64,000 nt of DNA from Candidatus Collierbacteria bacterium GW2011_GWB2_45_17 (GTDB taxonomy: Bacteria; Patescibacteriota; Microgenomatia; UBA1400; MFAQ01): the NCBI GenBank assembly GCA_001001485.1, contig LCKO01000006.1, positions 4,350 through 68,349 on the forward strand, given 5' to 3'. The translations under genes were made by a program, and so were the position numbers. Under the pieces are notes generated by a model. That model was not told where the DNA came from. It ran no database searches and was given only the letters and a program-made list of their open reading frames with translations. Positions 17,993 to 27,634 of the stretch are shown here, one piece after another; within the stretch, counting starts at the first letter, position 1; each line of letters begins with the position of its first letter.

Positions 17993-19653
17993 TGCTTAAA
18001 GTCAAAGACTTCCATAATTATCTCACCTGTCGGGGTAGTAACTTGATGCAGAGTGTGTCTTTCACTTGGTAGCAGGGAATTCCCCTGCCAAACATAAAGA
18101 GTTTCAAGATTTTTATCTTCCGGCCAATCTAATTTTTCGAATGAATATTTTCCCAATCTATATTTACCCATTTGATCCAAATAATCGACCGGATTTTTTT
18201 GCATTTCCTTTTCCCAGTCTGCAGAAGCTGCTTGAAAGACTGGTGGAGGTGTCTTAAGGTAAAAAGCAATGAACGATTGCCCTTGTGTCCCCTTATCGAC
18301 CATAACAGTATCGTAATTCCTCTGAATCTTTGAAATAGCATTCACGGTATCTCTCCAGCCGTAAGACAAGGCTTTGGGGTAGGTAACAACCGAGTTGAAA
18401 AAGTAATCCTCGAAATAGAATCCGGTCAGGATAATGGCCAGTCCGATAAAAAGTCCCAGGATTTTTTTAGAGTACTTATTTTTTATTTCCAGGAATCTAA
18501 CAAAACCAAAAGCGGCGATTATTTCCCATAGACACAAAAAGGAACCGGCACGGTTTGGGCGGTAACCTTCTTTAGTAAGCGCTGCCGGGATGGCGGCAAG
18601 GAGGAGCCAAATAAGTAGAGGTCTGGCATCGTAGTCTTCATCTTTTATCTTCTTAAGAAGAAGGAAAAGACCAAAAAGAACGAGAGGTAACATCCAGAAA
18701 AGAAGGAGTCCCCTACCTGGAATAACCGAGTAGGTTATTTCCCGACCACCTTCGGTAAACCAAAATGGTAAAGAGAAATAACTAAGATAATTCTCTCCGA
18801 ACCGAGAGATGACGGTAAATATTTTTCGGTGAAAGAGACGTGGTATTTTTGGGTTTATCTTTGCAAGTGGGGAGTAGAAAGATTGATCATCGATTTGTTT
18901 TAAATTGACAGTATCGAGTTTAGATACCAGAAGATCCCCTCCCCTTTTGGCGGAGTTGCCAAAAACTGAGTCTATAACTAGAGGACTTAAAAGAATAATA
19001 ATTGTCAGAAGGGCAGGCAGTAGTGATTTTAAACCTTTTGAAAAAATCTGCCGGCGATAAAGGAATAACAGCGAAAGGGCAAAGAGAGGAATATAGATTT
19101 TAGCCGAGTGATAGGCATACAAACTGAGACCCCAAAGAATGGCGGTGTAAATAAATTGTCGATGGTCTTTGAGTCCTCTCAAATATAAATAAAGTCCCAA
19201 GGGAAACAAAAAGGAGGTGAGGTTCACTTCCAAGGCAGTTCTTGAAAACTGGATATGCCAGGGAGAGAGGGCGAGAAAGATAGCACTATAGAGTGGAAGG
19301 TGTTTATAGTTAGGGAATATTTTGCCGGTGAGTAAATAAATCGCTAAGATGGCCAAGACCCCAAAGATGGCACTAGGGAGGCGCGCGGCAAATTCATTTA
19401 GCCCGAAGATTGCAACACTGGGAATCATCAAATAGGTCTGGAGGGGCGCTTTGTAGTCCAGAAATGACTTGAAAGAAGAAATCGGCCAACCCAATCCCCA
19501 CTCGTCCTTACCTGTTTGCAGAAGACTGTAGGCGCTATACGCCTGACTAGCTTCGTCTGGAGAAAAGCCGGCGGGTATGCGACCGAGGTAGGTGAAGCGT
19601 AGGAAAAGCCCCAGGATTAGGATTAAGGCAAGGAGGACTTTCCCGATTTTCAT
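17989..19653 (-). CDS. GT-C glycosyltransferase, tandem paralogue 4
   Basis: SPDEASQAYSAYS..GKDEWG..FLDYKAP and SPWHIQFSR motifs. Confidence 0.85.
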   Translation of the reverse strand: MKIGKVLLALILILGLFLRFTYLGRIPAGFSPDEASQAYSAYSLLQTGKDEWGLGWPISSFKSFLDYKAPLQTYLMIPSVAIFGLNEFAARLPSAIFGVLAILAIYLLTGKIFPNYKHLPLYSAIFLALSPWHIQFSRTALEVNLTSFLFPLGLYLYLRGLKDHRQFIYTAILWGLSLYAYHSAKIYIPLFALSLLFLYRRQIFSKGLKSLLPALLTIIILLSPLVIDSVFGNSAKRGGDLLVSKLDTVNLKQIDDQSFYSPLAKINPKIPRLFHRKIFTVISRFGENYLSYFSLPFWFTEGGREITYSVIPGRGLLLFWMLPLVLFGLFLLLKKIKDEDYDARPLLIWLLLAAIPAALTKEGYRPNRAGSFLCLWEIIAAFGFVRFLEIKNKYSKKILGLFIGLAIILTGFYFEDYFFNSVVTYPKALSYGWRDTVNAISKIQRNYDTVMVDKGTQGQSFIAFYLKTPPPVFQAASADWEKEMQKNPVDYLDQMGKYRLGKYSFEKLDWPEDKNLETLYVWQGNSLLPSERHTLHQVTTPTGEIIMEVFDFKQ

Positions 19654-19654
19654 A

Positions 19655-21319
19655 CTACTTACTATTATATGGCTTGGTACCGGTCAAAATGTAGAAAAGA
19701 GGTTGACCGAAGATATTTTTTTGAGTGGCAAGAACTTTGGTGTTCTCCAAAGGGTTTTTACTCCAGTCCCAATCCCCTATCCCTTCGCGTCCTTGGACGG
19801 CGAGATAAAGATCATTGTTCGTCAGGAGGACTTTGAGCTCATCCAGATTGGGTGACTCTCCAAAATAGTATTTGTCCGCAAATTGGAACCCGTGGAAAGA
19901 TCTGGCTTGATAAGTATCAACCACATCAGTGACAAAGTTTTTTTGGAATTCCTTAGGTGAGTACCTGGTATAGAAAAGAAACATGAGAAGGGATGGCTGA
20001 TGGGTATTGTTGATGTAGACCTTGTCGTATTGAGGCAGTAGAGGTTTTAATTCAGTAAAAATATTTTTGAAACCATATTCCCAAAGAGAGGCAGACTCGT
20101 AACGGTAATGAGCAGAATAACGGTGAAAGTAACCGGCAAAAGAAACGGCGAGAATTATTAAGAAGATGAAGATCGTTGATTTGATTAATTTACTGGAGAA
20201 GAAACTTAGAAGATAAGTACCGCCGAGAGAGGAAATTAATATTAATGGAGGCAGCATTAGAAAAAGACGGGTGGCATGAGTGCCACCATCTACGGTGAGA
20301 CAGCTAGGTATTGGGGAAAGAAGAAGCCATAATAACAGTAGGCGGTTATTCTTTTCGGTAATATTTTTAAGCATGAAAAATAAACCAGCAAGAAATAGTG
20401 GAAGTAAGATTGTAAGAAGCTCACCGACCATTGAAACTGAGTGTCGGAATTGAGGATCGCCTTTTATAAAAAGAAACTGTGGGGAGAAAGCGGTGAGGTA
20501 GTTATTCATGAACGCCGAAGAAATGGCGAGATATTTGTTGTGAAAAAGGGTTTCAACAATTGATTTACCAACCCAGGGATCTGTTCTTTGGAGGATAACC
20601 GTTTCAATAATTTTTGAGTCACTAAAAATACTCACTAAATTGAAACGACCACCGGCTTGGCCAAAAAATACGTTGTAAATTACCGGAAAGAAGATGATTA
20701 AAGGGAGAATAAGACGGATCCAATTTGTTTTAAGATTAAGTCTTGGTTTAAAAACAAAAAGAAGAGAAAGAACAAATAAAGGGGTAAAGACCATGGCAGT
20801 CGAATAAGTATAGAAAGTGAGGACAAAAGGAATTAGACCGGCAAAATATTTTTCTTTCAAGAAGAGATGGGTACCGAGCATGACCAGGAAAATTAAGGGA
20901 ACGACCTCAAAAGCGGCTCTGGAAAAATGAATGTGCCAGGGAGTAAAAGCAAGTAATAAAGCCGATAAAAGAGCAGTTCTTTTGTTTTTAAAAATTGTTA
21001 AGCCGAGAAGGTAAATTAAATAAATGCTGGCGGAACCGAGCAGAGCTACGGGAAGTCGTACAGCCAGATCGGTGGGACCAAATATCCCTACAAAGGGAGC
21101 GGTGATGTACATGAGAAGCGGGGCGCGCCACTCTGAAAGGCTTTGGATATAGGTAGGTAAGAGGTGCCCCATGTAATCGCGACCGGTAGTGATGAGAGAC
21201 CAAGCCTGATAACCAACGTCTATTTCATCTCCAAAAAGAGCAATAGGAAGACTAGTGAGACTCTGGAGCCGAAAAAAAGCCCCGGCTGCAATAATGATCG
21301 CCAGAAAAGCTTCTATCAT
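19655..21319 (-). CDS. GT-C glycosyltransferase, tandem paralogue 5
   Basis: FGDEIDVGYQAWS..GRD and TPWHIHFSR motifs. Confidence 0.85.
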   Translation of the reverse strand: MIEAFLAIIIAAGAFFRLQSLTSLPIALFGDEIDVGYQAWSLITTGRDYMGHLLPTYIQSLSEWRAPLLMYITAPFVGIFGPTDLAVRLPVALLGSASIYLIYLLGLTIFKNKRTALLSALLLAFTPWHIHFSRAAFEVVPLIFLVMLGTHLFLKEKYFAGLIPFVLTFYTYSTAMVFTPLFVLSLLFVFKPRLNLKTNWIRLILPLIIFFPVIYNVFFGQAGGRFNLVSIFSDSKIIETVILQRTDPWVGKSIVETLFHNKYLAISSAFMNNYLTAFSPQFLFIKGDPQFRHSVSMVGELLTILLPLFLAGLFFMLKNITEKNNRLLLLWLLLSPIPSCLTVDGGTHATRLFLMLPPLILISSLGGTYLLSFFSSKLIKSTIFIFLIILAVSFAGYFHRYSAHYRYESASLWEYGFKNIFTELKPLLPQYDKVYINNTHQPSLLMFLFYTRYSPKEFQKNFVTDVVDTYQARSFHGFQFADKYYFGESPNLDELKVLLTNNDLYLAVQGREGIGDWDWSKNPLENTKVLATQKNIFGQPLFYILTGTKPYNSK

Positions 21320-21348
21320 AGATCCATTATAGCCATTTTTTCATTTTC

Positions 21349-22491
21349 CTAAATAAAGGGGATTTTTAATGTCAGGAATAAATTTAGAAAGTGAAAAAGA
21401 CTCAGAGTAACGTAACCGACCCACCAAGCCGGATTCTCTGCAAAAGTAAGTAGTCCAAAAATAAGAGCCGGGGCGAGGTGCCTCTCATGCACTCTCGTCT
21501 GCAGAAAGAAAACGGCTAGGGCCCAGATGAATAAAGAGTTCAGGAAAGTTCTTGGGTATTGGTTCTTGGATACTCTGATAAGTAGATACACAAGTAGAGA
21601 TATAAGAAGGACGATGGAGATTGTTCGCACAGAGAGTAGTCCCAGGTGAACGGAGTCTTCGGCTCCAGCCGGATATAAAAGATACCAAAAATTCCAGGCC
21701 GCATCGGAAACGCCGGTAGAGGACCCACTGAGAGTGGCAAAATAATTTTTAAGCGCGGCAAAGGGGCTCAAGCCGAAGGGCAAGTAACTGGCAAAGAAAA
21801 CAAGGATCGAGTAGAAGGCTCCTGCCAGAAGTTGTCGAACAGGAAGATTCTTTAGCCAAAGAAAGAGATAAAAGGGCGCGAACCAGAGAGCTGTTTGTTT
21901 CGTCAGAGTGGCAAAGATAAAAAATATTAATGATGAGGATTTAGCCCGATCCGTTTTACCGAGAAACATGAGGTAGAGAGAAAGTAAAAGAAAAAAGTTA
22001 GTTATCGGTTCGATTTGACCCCAGACCGAACTGAGGTATATAACCGCCGGATTAAATAAATAGAGAGATGTTAGTAAGTATGGATGTTTAATTTTTCTGG
22101 CTTGGAAAAACTTGAAAATTAGAAGACCGGTACCCAGATCTGCGAGGATTCCGGGTAACTTGAGAAAACCGTAGCTCATATTTTCGTGATTAAACAAAGG
22201 AATGATAAATGACGGAAAAAAAGAAAAAGAATTATTTAAGAAAGTAAATAAATTGCGTAGAAGGGAAAGAAATAGATTGGAAACGGCGAAAAGGTAAATT
22301 GCTAATGGTGGATAATTGGCATCGTTAAAGCCGGTGAAGTGAGTTGAATAAAGTCCGATCGTGTTCGTCAGAGCGGCATTTCCCCAGACCAAGTGATTTT
22401 TGACATCTCCCGAGTACTGAGGAAATAGAAATATTAAACGTAGCAAAAAAGCTACTACCAAGATCACGTAAATTGACTTAATCTTTTTCAT
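21349..22491 (-). CDS. GT-C glycosyltransferase (GT87/ALG6-like)
   Basis: ANYPPL, LKLPGILAD, NPAVIYLSSVWGQIE and RVHERH motifs. Confidence 0.75.
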   Translation of the reverse strand: MKKIKSIYVILVVAFLLRLIFLFPQYSGDVKNHLVWGNAALTNTIGLYSTHFTGFNDANYPPLAIYLFAVSNLFLSLLRNLFTFLNNSFSFFPSFIIPLFNHENMSYGFLKLPGILADLGTGLLIFKFFQARKIKHPYLLTSLYLFNPAVIYLSSVWGQIEPITNFFLLLSLYLMFLGKTDRAKSSSLIFFIFATLTKQTALWFAPFYLFLWLKNLPVRQLLAGAFYSILVFFASYLPFGLSPFAALKNYFATLSGSSTGVSDAAWNFWYLLYPAGAEDSVHLGLLSVRTISIVLLISLLVYLLIRVSKNQYPRTFLNSLFIWALAVFFLQTRVHERHLAPALIFGLLTFAENPAWWVGYVTLSLFHFLNLFLTLKIPFI

Positions 22492-23647
22492 AATCCACCA
22501 ATAACCAAATCAATACAGCTATTATTCCAGCTCTGGATATTTGAACTATTTCTAAAAAGTAAGAAGACTTCGTCAGAGATACCGGTAAAGCAAGTTTTGA
22601 ATGAATAAACATCTGCAAGTGTAAGGAAGGATCAAAGGAAAACAGGATAATTAACCAACAGATTATTAAAGTGAAATAAAAAAAGTAGTCAGCCTTAGAA
22701 ATAGAATAGATGACGAGCCAAGGCATGATCCATACTAGCCACTGAGGGTGGAAATGAGAAAAAGCTAGAGAGGCCAGAAGGGCAGAACCAATCGCAGTTG
22801 GTAGAGATAGCCTCTTCTTCCATACCAGGATTAGAATTAAGGTGTAGAAGATGAAAAAGAGAGGAATGTCATGACCGGAAGCGATGGAGATGGAGGCGTA
22901 GGTACTTTTACCTATTTGTTCGGCGAAGAGGGCGTAGTAACGATAGGCGGCAGATCCAAGATAGGGAAGAATTCCAAGTAGATAAACTCCAAGGCCGGTA
23001 ACAGCTAATAGCAGAGATTGAAGGAGCTTTTTGTGAGTAGCCAAATAATGGAGAGCCAGAATGGGGATGAGGATCAATCCCGCTGGCTTGATGAGAGCCG
23101 AAAGGGCAATCAGAAGCACCGAGAGAAAGGGTTTGCCTTTCTGGTAATAGTAGAGACCAAGGGTGATAAAGAGAGCAATGATGATATCTACTTGACCGAC
23201 CATTGAACTAACATAAATTGCCAGAGGGTTGAAAGTCCACAAAAGCATGGCAAGTTTTTTATGATTCTGTTTTTCAAAAAATTTAGGGAGTAACCACAAA
23301 AAAGCTAGATCTGCCAAAATCATAGGGAGTTTGTATAGAAGGAGAAGAACGTTGAAGTTGGGACTTGAAGGTAACCAGTCTTGATTGGCGAAAATTTGGC
23401 CGGTTTCTTTTACCACTGCTTGAAACGGCAAATAGATGAGGGAGGGAATTAGATAAGCTAAGGGTTGGTAGTTGAAGACTACGTTGGTATTTGGAGTGTC
23501 GTAGAAAGTAAATAACTTTCCCTCACCAATGATCAGTTTTCCGGCTATTGAAAAAGCCCCGATATCCGACTGATAAGTAAAAATTGAGACAACCACCCTA
23601 ATTAAAAAAGCAAAACAAATCAGATATTTAAACCATGAACTATTCAT
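22478..23647 (-). CDS. GT-C glycosyltransferase (GT87-like)
   Basis: FNYQPL, YKLPMILAD, NPLAIYVSSMVGQVD and HPQW motifs. Confidence 0.75.
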   Translation of the reverse strand: MNSSWFKYLICFAFLIRVVVSIFTYQSDIGAFSIAGKLIIGEGKLFTFYDTPNTNVVFNYQPLAYLIPSLIYLPFQAVVKETGQIFANQDWLPSSPNFNVLLLLYKLPMILADLAFLWLLPKFFEKQNHKKLAMLLWTFNPLAIYVSSMVGQVDIIIALFITLGLYYYQKGKPFLSVLLIALSALIKPAGLILIPILALHYLATHKKLLQSLLLAVTGLGVYLLGILPYLGSAAYRYYALFAEQIGKSTYASISIASGHDIPLFFIFYTLILILVWKKRLSLPTAIGSALLASLAFSHFHPQWLVWIMPWLVIYSISKADYFFYFTLIICWLIILFSFDPSLHLQMFIHSKLALPVSLTKSSYFLEIVQISRAGIIAVLIWLLVDYEKD

Positions 23648-24453
23648 CTTTTTACAGTTTTAATTATTTTCTGCCATTTTTGACCCGCCCAAAGAACTAG
23701 ATTTAGTATAGCTGAGCCAATTACTCCGTGATATATCTGGGCGGACTTGGCTAAAGGACTTTTAAGATGACTGACAAAATTACCACTAGCACCATGAGCG
23801 TGTTGAACCTTGGCTTTGGGCAAGTAATAGATGGGGAAGCCAAACCGATGAAGGCGGCGACAGAACTCGATGTCTTCATAATACAGAAAGTAGGCTTCGT
23901 CTAGACCACCAACTATGTCAATCGTAGATTTAGGAATCAAAAAGGCAGCCATGACAACAACATCTACTTGGGTAGTTTCCTCCCCAGGATTGTATTTGTT
24001 AAAGCAGTTCTTACAGTTGAAGAAGTAATACTTGATAGCGTTCAGAATGGTGGGAAATTTGTAACAAGAAGGTTGAAGATTGCCGTCATTATTTAAGAGC
24101 CGAGGAGCAACAGCACCAAGTTTGGGAGTTTTTTTAGCGAAGTCAAGAAGATTTTTTAGAGCAGAGCCAATAATTCTGGTGTCGGGGTTGATGATGAGAA
24201 TATAATCCCCTTTCGAGATTTTAATACCCTGATTGATGGCTTTGCTGAAACCAATGTTTTCCAGATTTCGAATGACGGTTGGTTTCAGAGAATGTTTTTC
24301 GGCTTTGTCAGCTCCTTTATCCGATGGGTAATTATCGACGACGATAATTTCTTTTTTTATACCATCCCGATTCTTTTTGATAGAATCCAAAAAAGGAACA
24401 ATCGTATTTTCCGAACGATAGCCGACCGTTATTATGGACAGCTCAGGTTTCAT
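23644..24453 (-). CDS. GT2 glycosyltransferase (rhamnosyltransferase-like)
   Basis: NIGFSKAINQG, INPD and LDEAYFLYYED motifs. Confidence 0.88.
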   Translation of the reverse strand: MKPELSIITVGYRSENTIVPFLDSIKKNRDGIKKEIIVVDNYPSDKGADKAEKHSLKPTVIRNLENIGFSKAINQGIKISKGDYILIINPDTRIIGSALKNLLDFAKKTPKLGAVAPRLLNNDGNLQPSCYKFPTILNAIKYYFFNCKNCFNKYNPGEETTQVDVVVMAAFLIPKSTIDIVGGLDEAYFLYYEDIEFCRRLHRFGFPIYYLPKAKVQHAHGASGNFVSHLKSPLAKSAQIYHGVIGSAILNLVLWAGQKWQKIIKTVKR

Positions 24454-25327
24454 AAGGCGTGTTTACCAATTTAAAAACTTCCTGGTCAGAGATGGGGAGA
24501 GATTGCCGCTTGCCTTTGGTAATGAATTCTTTTAGGGCGGCAAAGATGACCTTTAAATATCGAGGGTGTCTCAAGGAGTTGGAAAAAAGAAAAAGTTTGT
24601 GCGAAAGAAGCATCCGTAGATCAGAAAAATTTTGCCAGGTAAAAAGAAGCTCGTTTCTTTGTTTAATTAAATTCATATATTCCTTGTTTTTTAGTCCAAA
24701 GGTGGATTCGTGATGGTGGACGACAATTGGTTCCGGTGTCCAGATTATTTTGTATCCCGAACGCCAGGCGCGCCAGCCAATATCGATATCTTCCCAGTAA
24801 GCCGGACTATATATTTCATTGAAACCTCCCAGTTTATCCCAGATTGACCGCCTTAGGATACAACTGCCGCCGGACGGCCAAGCGGAGTAATGCGGGGTTT
24901 TTTTATCTTCCCCCCGGACAAACTGAAACTTGCCGGAGTGCCAGGAAACTTGTGGCCAGGATGAATTTTCTTCGTTGAAGTTCACCGCAAAAACTTTAAG
25001 GTCATCGAAGTATTCCATGGATTTTTCGATGTAACCCGGTTTGGGATAGACATCGTTATTGATAAAGATAAGAAAATCGGCCTTCGAATATGAAACTCCT
25101 TCATTGACCGATTTAGAAAAACCAAGATTTTCCGAGTGCCGAACACAGATCACTTTGGGCAACCATTTTTCCAGATATTTCGGAGCATCGTCCGTACCGC
25201 CGTCGTCTACGACGATAATTTTATTTACTTCCGGTGAGGTTTTAAGTACCACCGGTAAATTCTTTTCCAACAGCCATTGGGCGTTGTAAGAAGGGATGAC
25301 GATGTCGATCGTGGGCTGTTTGGCCAT
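24443..25327 (-). CDS. GT2 glycosyltransferase
   Basis: VDDG, NLGFS, INND and GGF..YWED motifs. Confidence 0.88.
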   Translation of the reverse strand: MAKQPTIDIVIPSYNAQWLLEKNLPVVLKTSPEVNKIIVVDDGGTDDAPKYLEKWLPKVICVRHSENLGFSKSVNEGVSYSKADFLIFINNDVYPKPGYIEKSMEYFDDLKVFAVNFNEENSSWPQVSWHSGKFQFVRGEDKKTPHYSAWPSGGSCILRRSIWDKLGGFNEIYSPAYWEDIDIGWRAWRSGYKIIWTPEPIVVHHHESTFGLKNKEYMNLIKQRNELLFTWQNFSDLRMLLSHKLFLFSNSLRHPRYLKVIFAALKEFITKGKRQSLPISDQEVFKLVNTPYET

Positions 25328-25360
25328 ATTCTTAATTATAGCTAACTCAACAGGAATCTA

Positions 25361-27631
25361 TTAGTATTTTATTCTAAATACTAAATACAGGAAAAAGACG
25401 GCTAAAGTAACCAGCGACAAGTAGACTCCCTTCTTAAAATCCGGGTTATTATAACCAAAGGTGATCTTATGCTCGCCTTTGGGAACTGACACTTCTTTGA
25501 AGGTTTCCTTGAACTTCTGAATCGTGACCGGAGTATCGTCGATATTGGCTTGCCAATGGTCGGAGTAGTTTTCCATCAAAACGAAGCGGTTGTCGGTGGT
25601 AGTATTTACGGTAAATTCCCAAAAATCGTCCGCTTTGTTCGTGAGAAGTATTGAGTTTTTTGGATTAGTCTCGGAGAAAAAGTACGGAGGGGTGTAGTTT
25701 TGATTTTCTAAAATAACTACAGTACCTTCAGTAAAAACAGGTTTCCAGATTTTCTGATTAATACTATCAGCGATTTTCCCGTCCTTATCCGGAATCGAAA
25801 CCTCGCTTCTCTTTAGAGCCATAAAATACTTCACTCCAAATTCGTCAAGCTTATCTAGGGCTGCACCATTCTCAAAGTAACGACTGATACTGCCATGGAC
25901 GTCTTGATTTTTCATATACTTTTCGTACTGCAAGGGAGCAATCGGATCGTAACCGGAAGTAGAATAAAAGCCGAATACCTCCCACATATTGGGTGGCAGG
26001 AGCTCTCCGGACTCTCTCTCGAACCGGAAAAGATTAGGGGTTTCTGAATACTTTTCTTTGACAAAGGTAATCGATGGTGTTTCCGGAAAGTATAAATTTT
26101 TGGGAACAAAGGGAGTTACTTTTTTAAAGAAAAGAAAACCTTCGAAAAAAGCCAATAGTAAAACGACGTAGACCGCTAGAGTTTGTAATTTCCGGAACCT
26201 CAGCCCAGTCGCCAAGAGTCCAAAAAGAATTATGTAAATACCAAAAGGATACACTGAGTTTCTAGCCGCCGTGGTGAAATTGGCTTTGATTGCTTGATAA
26301 TAGCTTGACATGCCGGGACCGTCTTGGGCGATGACATAAAGCGACCCAAGAAGAATGCTGTAAAGCAGTAAAAAGAAAGCGATAAATATGACGTTAGAAA
26401 ACAAAAGTGATTTGCCATCTACTTTCCTTGAGAGAAAATCTTTGATCCCTGAGCTTGCTAAAATCACCCCGCCGAAAATGGCGAGAATAATGCTTCTCCC
26501 GGCCGGACTGCTGGATAAAAATGGCAGATGATATTGATAAACCAAAAATCCAAACGGGTACCTGGTAGTTAAAAATATACCCAGTAATAACAATACCAGG
26601 CCAATGACACCTAAAGAATCTATCTTTCTGGACCGAAATACTTTAACAATTTGGTAGATAGCAAAAAATAAAGGGATTGTACCAAAGTTGACTAATTTTT
26701 CTTGGAAATTATAATCTCCGCCAAAGTAATTCCCAGTGGAAGGATTGCCAAATACATTTACAGAGAAGAGGGTGGCCAATAATTTACTCCAAGGTATGAA
26801 CCCAAAATTTACTCCCACAAGTGTTTCAAGTGATCGAATTGAGTGGCTAATAATACTTAGGCTTGGGAAAATGGCGGGAGCGGTAAGAAGTAGAGAAATA
26901 ATAATTATGCAGAGTGGCTTTATGAAGGATAGTAGCCTGTTCTCTCCACGGGACAACATTCGAATTGAAGTCCAAAGGTAAAAAATAATGAGACAATAAC
27001 CGATGGTTTGGGGGTGTCCTGAGAGTATTAAAAAAACCAAAGAGAGAGTACATAAGAACGTAAAATGTTTCTCGAAAAAATATAATACCCAAGGAAGCAT
27101 GGCTAAGGCGAATGAAATAGTTCCCCAAGTAAGCCAGCCAGTGAAGAAGCTAGACATGCTCCAGCCAATAGCCAGAAGCCAGCCGGAAATTGGTGAGGCG
27201 AAGACAAATGAACCCAAAAGATATCCACCTAGTAAAGACAGAAAGACCTGAGAAATTACAATGAAGGACATGGCATCTATTTGGGGAAGAAATGTATAGA
27301 AAATATTTAAGGGTGAGAAAAGCATGGTATGGAACCATGGTGACATCTCGTAGCCGGAGAAGGAATATGGATTCCAAATATTTATTTTTCCCTTTAACAA
27401 GTCGGTGACTCCACGATTTCTCCAGATCCAAAATTGAGAGATAGTATCTGATATTAGGGAATTTTTTACCGGTGGGCGGACGGCATAACCATAACTTTCA
27501 TTCAACCAGGGATAGTACATTCCGACCGGGATATCGATAGGTAGGGGGGTGTTTTTATTCTTAAAGTAGGGAAAAAATAGAACTCCGATGATACTCAAGA
27601 TGACGAGGTTGACAATAAGTCTTTTCATCAA
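25361..27631 (-). CDS. YfhO-family membrane protein (GT-C fold)
   Basis: WNPYSFSG, SGHPQ and GYDP motifs; C-terminal ENYSDHWQA..VPKGEHKI. Confidence 0.8.
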   Translation of the reverse strand: MMKRLIVNLVILSIIGVLFFPYFKNKNTPLPIDIPVGMYYPWLNESYGYAVRPPVKNSLISDTISQFWIWRNRGVTDLLKGKINIWNPYSFSGYEMSPWFHTMLFSPLNIFYTFLPQIDAMSFIVISQVFLSLLGGYLLGSFVFASPISGWLLAIGWSMSSFFTGWLTWGTISFALAMLPWVLYFFEKHFTFLCTLSLVFLILSGHPQTIGYCLIIFYLWTSIRMLSRGENRLLSFIKPLCIIIISLLLTAPAIFPSLSIISHSIRSLETLVGVNFGFIPWSKLLATLFSVNVFGNPSTGNYFGGDYNFQEKLVNFGTIPLFFAIYQIVKVFRSRKIDSLGVIGLVLLLLGIFLTTRYPFGFLVYQYHLPFLSSSPAGRSIILAIFGGVILASSGIKDFLSRKVDGKSLLFSNVIFIAFFLLLYSILLGSLYVIAQDGPGMSSYYQAIKANFTTAARNSVYPFGIYIILFGLLATGLRFRKLQTLAVYVVLLLAFFEGFLFFKKVTPFVPKNLYFPETPSITFVKEKYSETPNLFRFERESGELLPPNMWEVFGFYSTSGYDPIAPLQYEKYMKNQDVHGSISRYFENGAALDKLDEFGVKYFMALKRSEVSIPDKDGKIADSINQKIWKPVFTEGTVVILENQNYTPPYFFSETNPKNSILLTNKADDFWEFTVNTTTDNRFVLMENYSDHWQANIDDTPVTIQKFKETFKEVSVPKGEHKITFGYNNPDFKKGVYLSLVTLAVFFLYLVFRIKY

Positions 27632-27634
27632 TAA

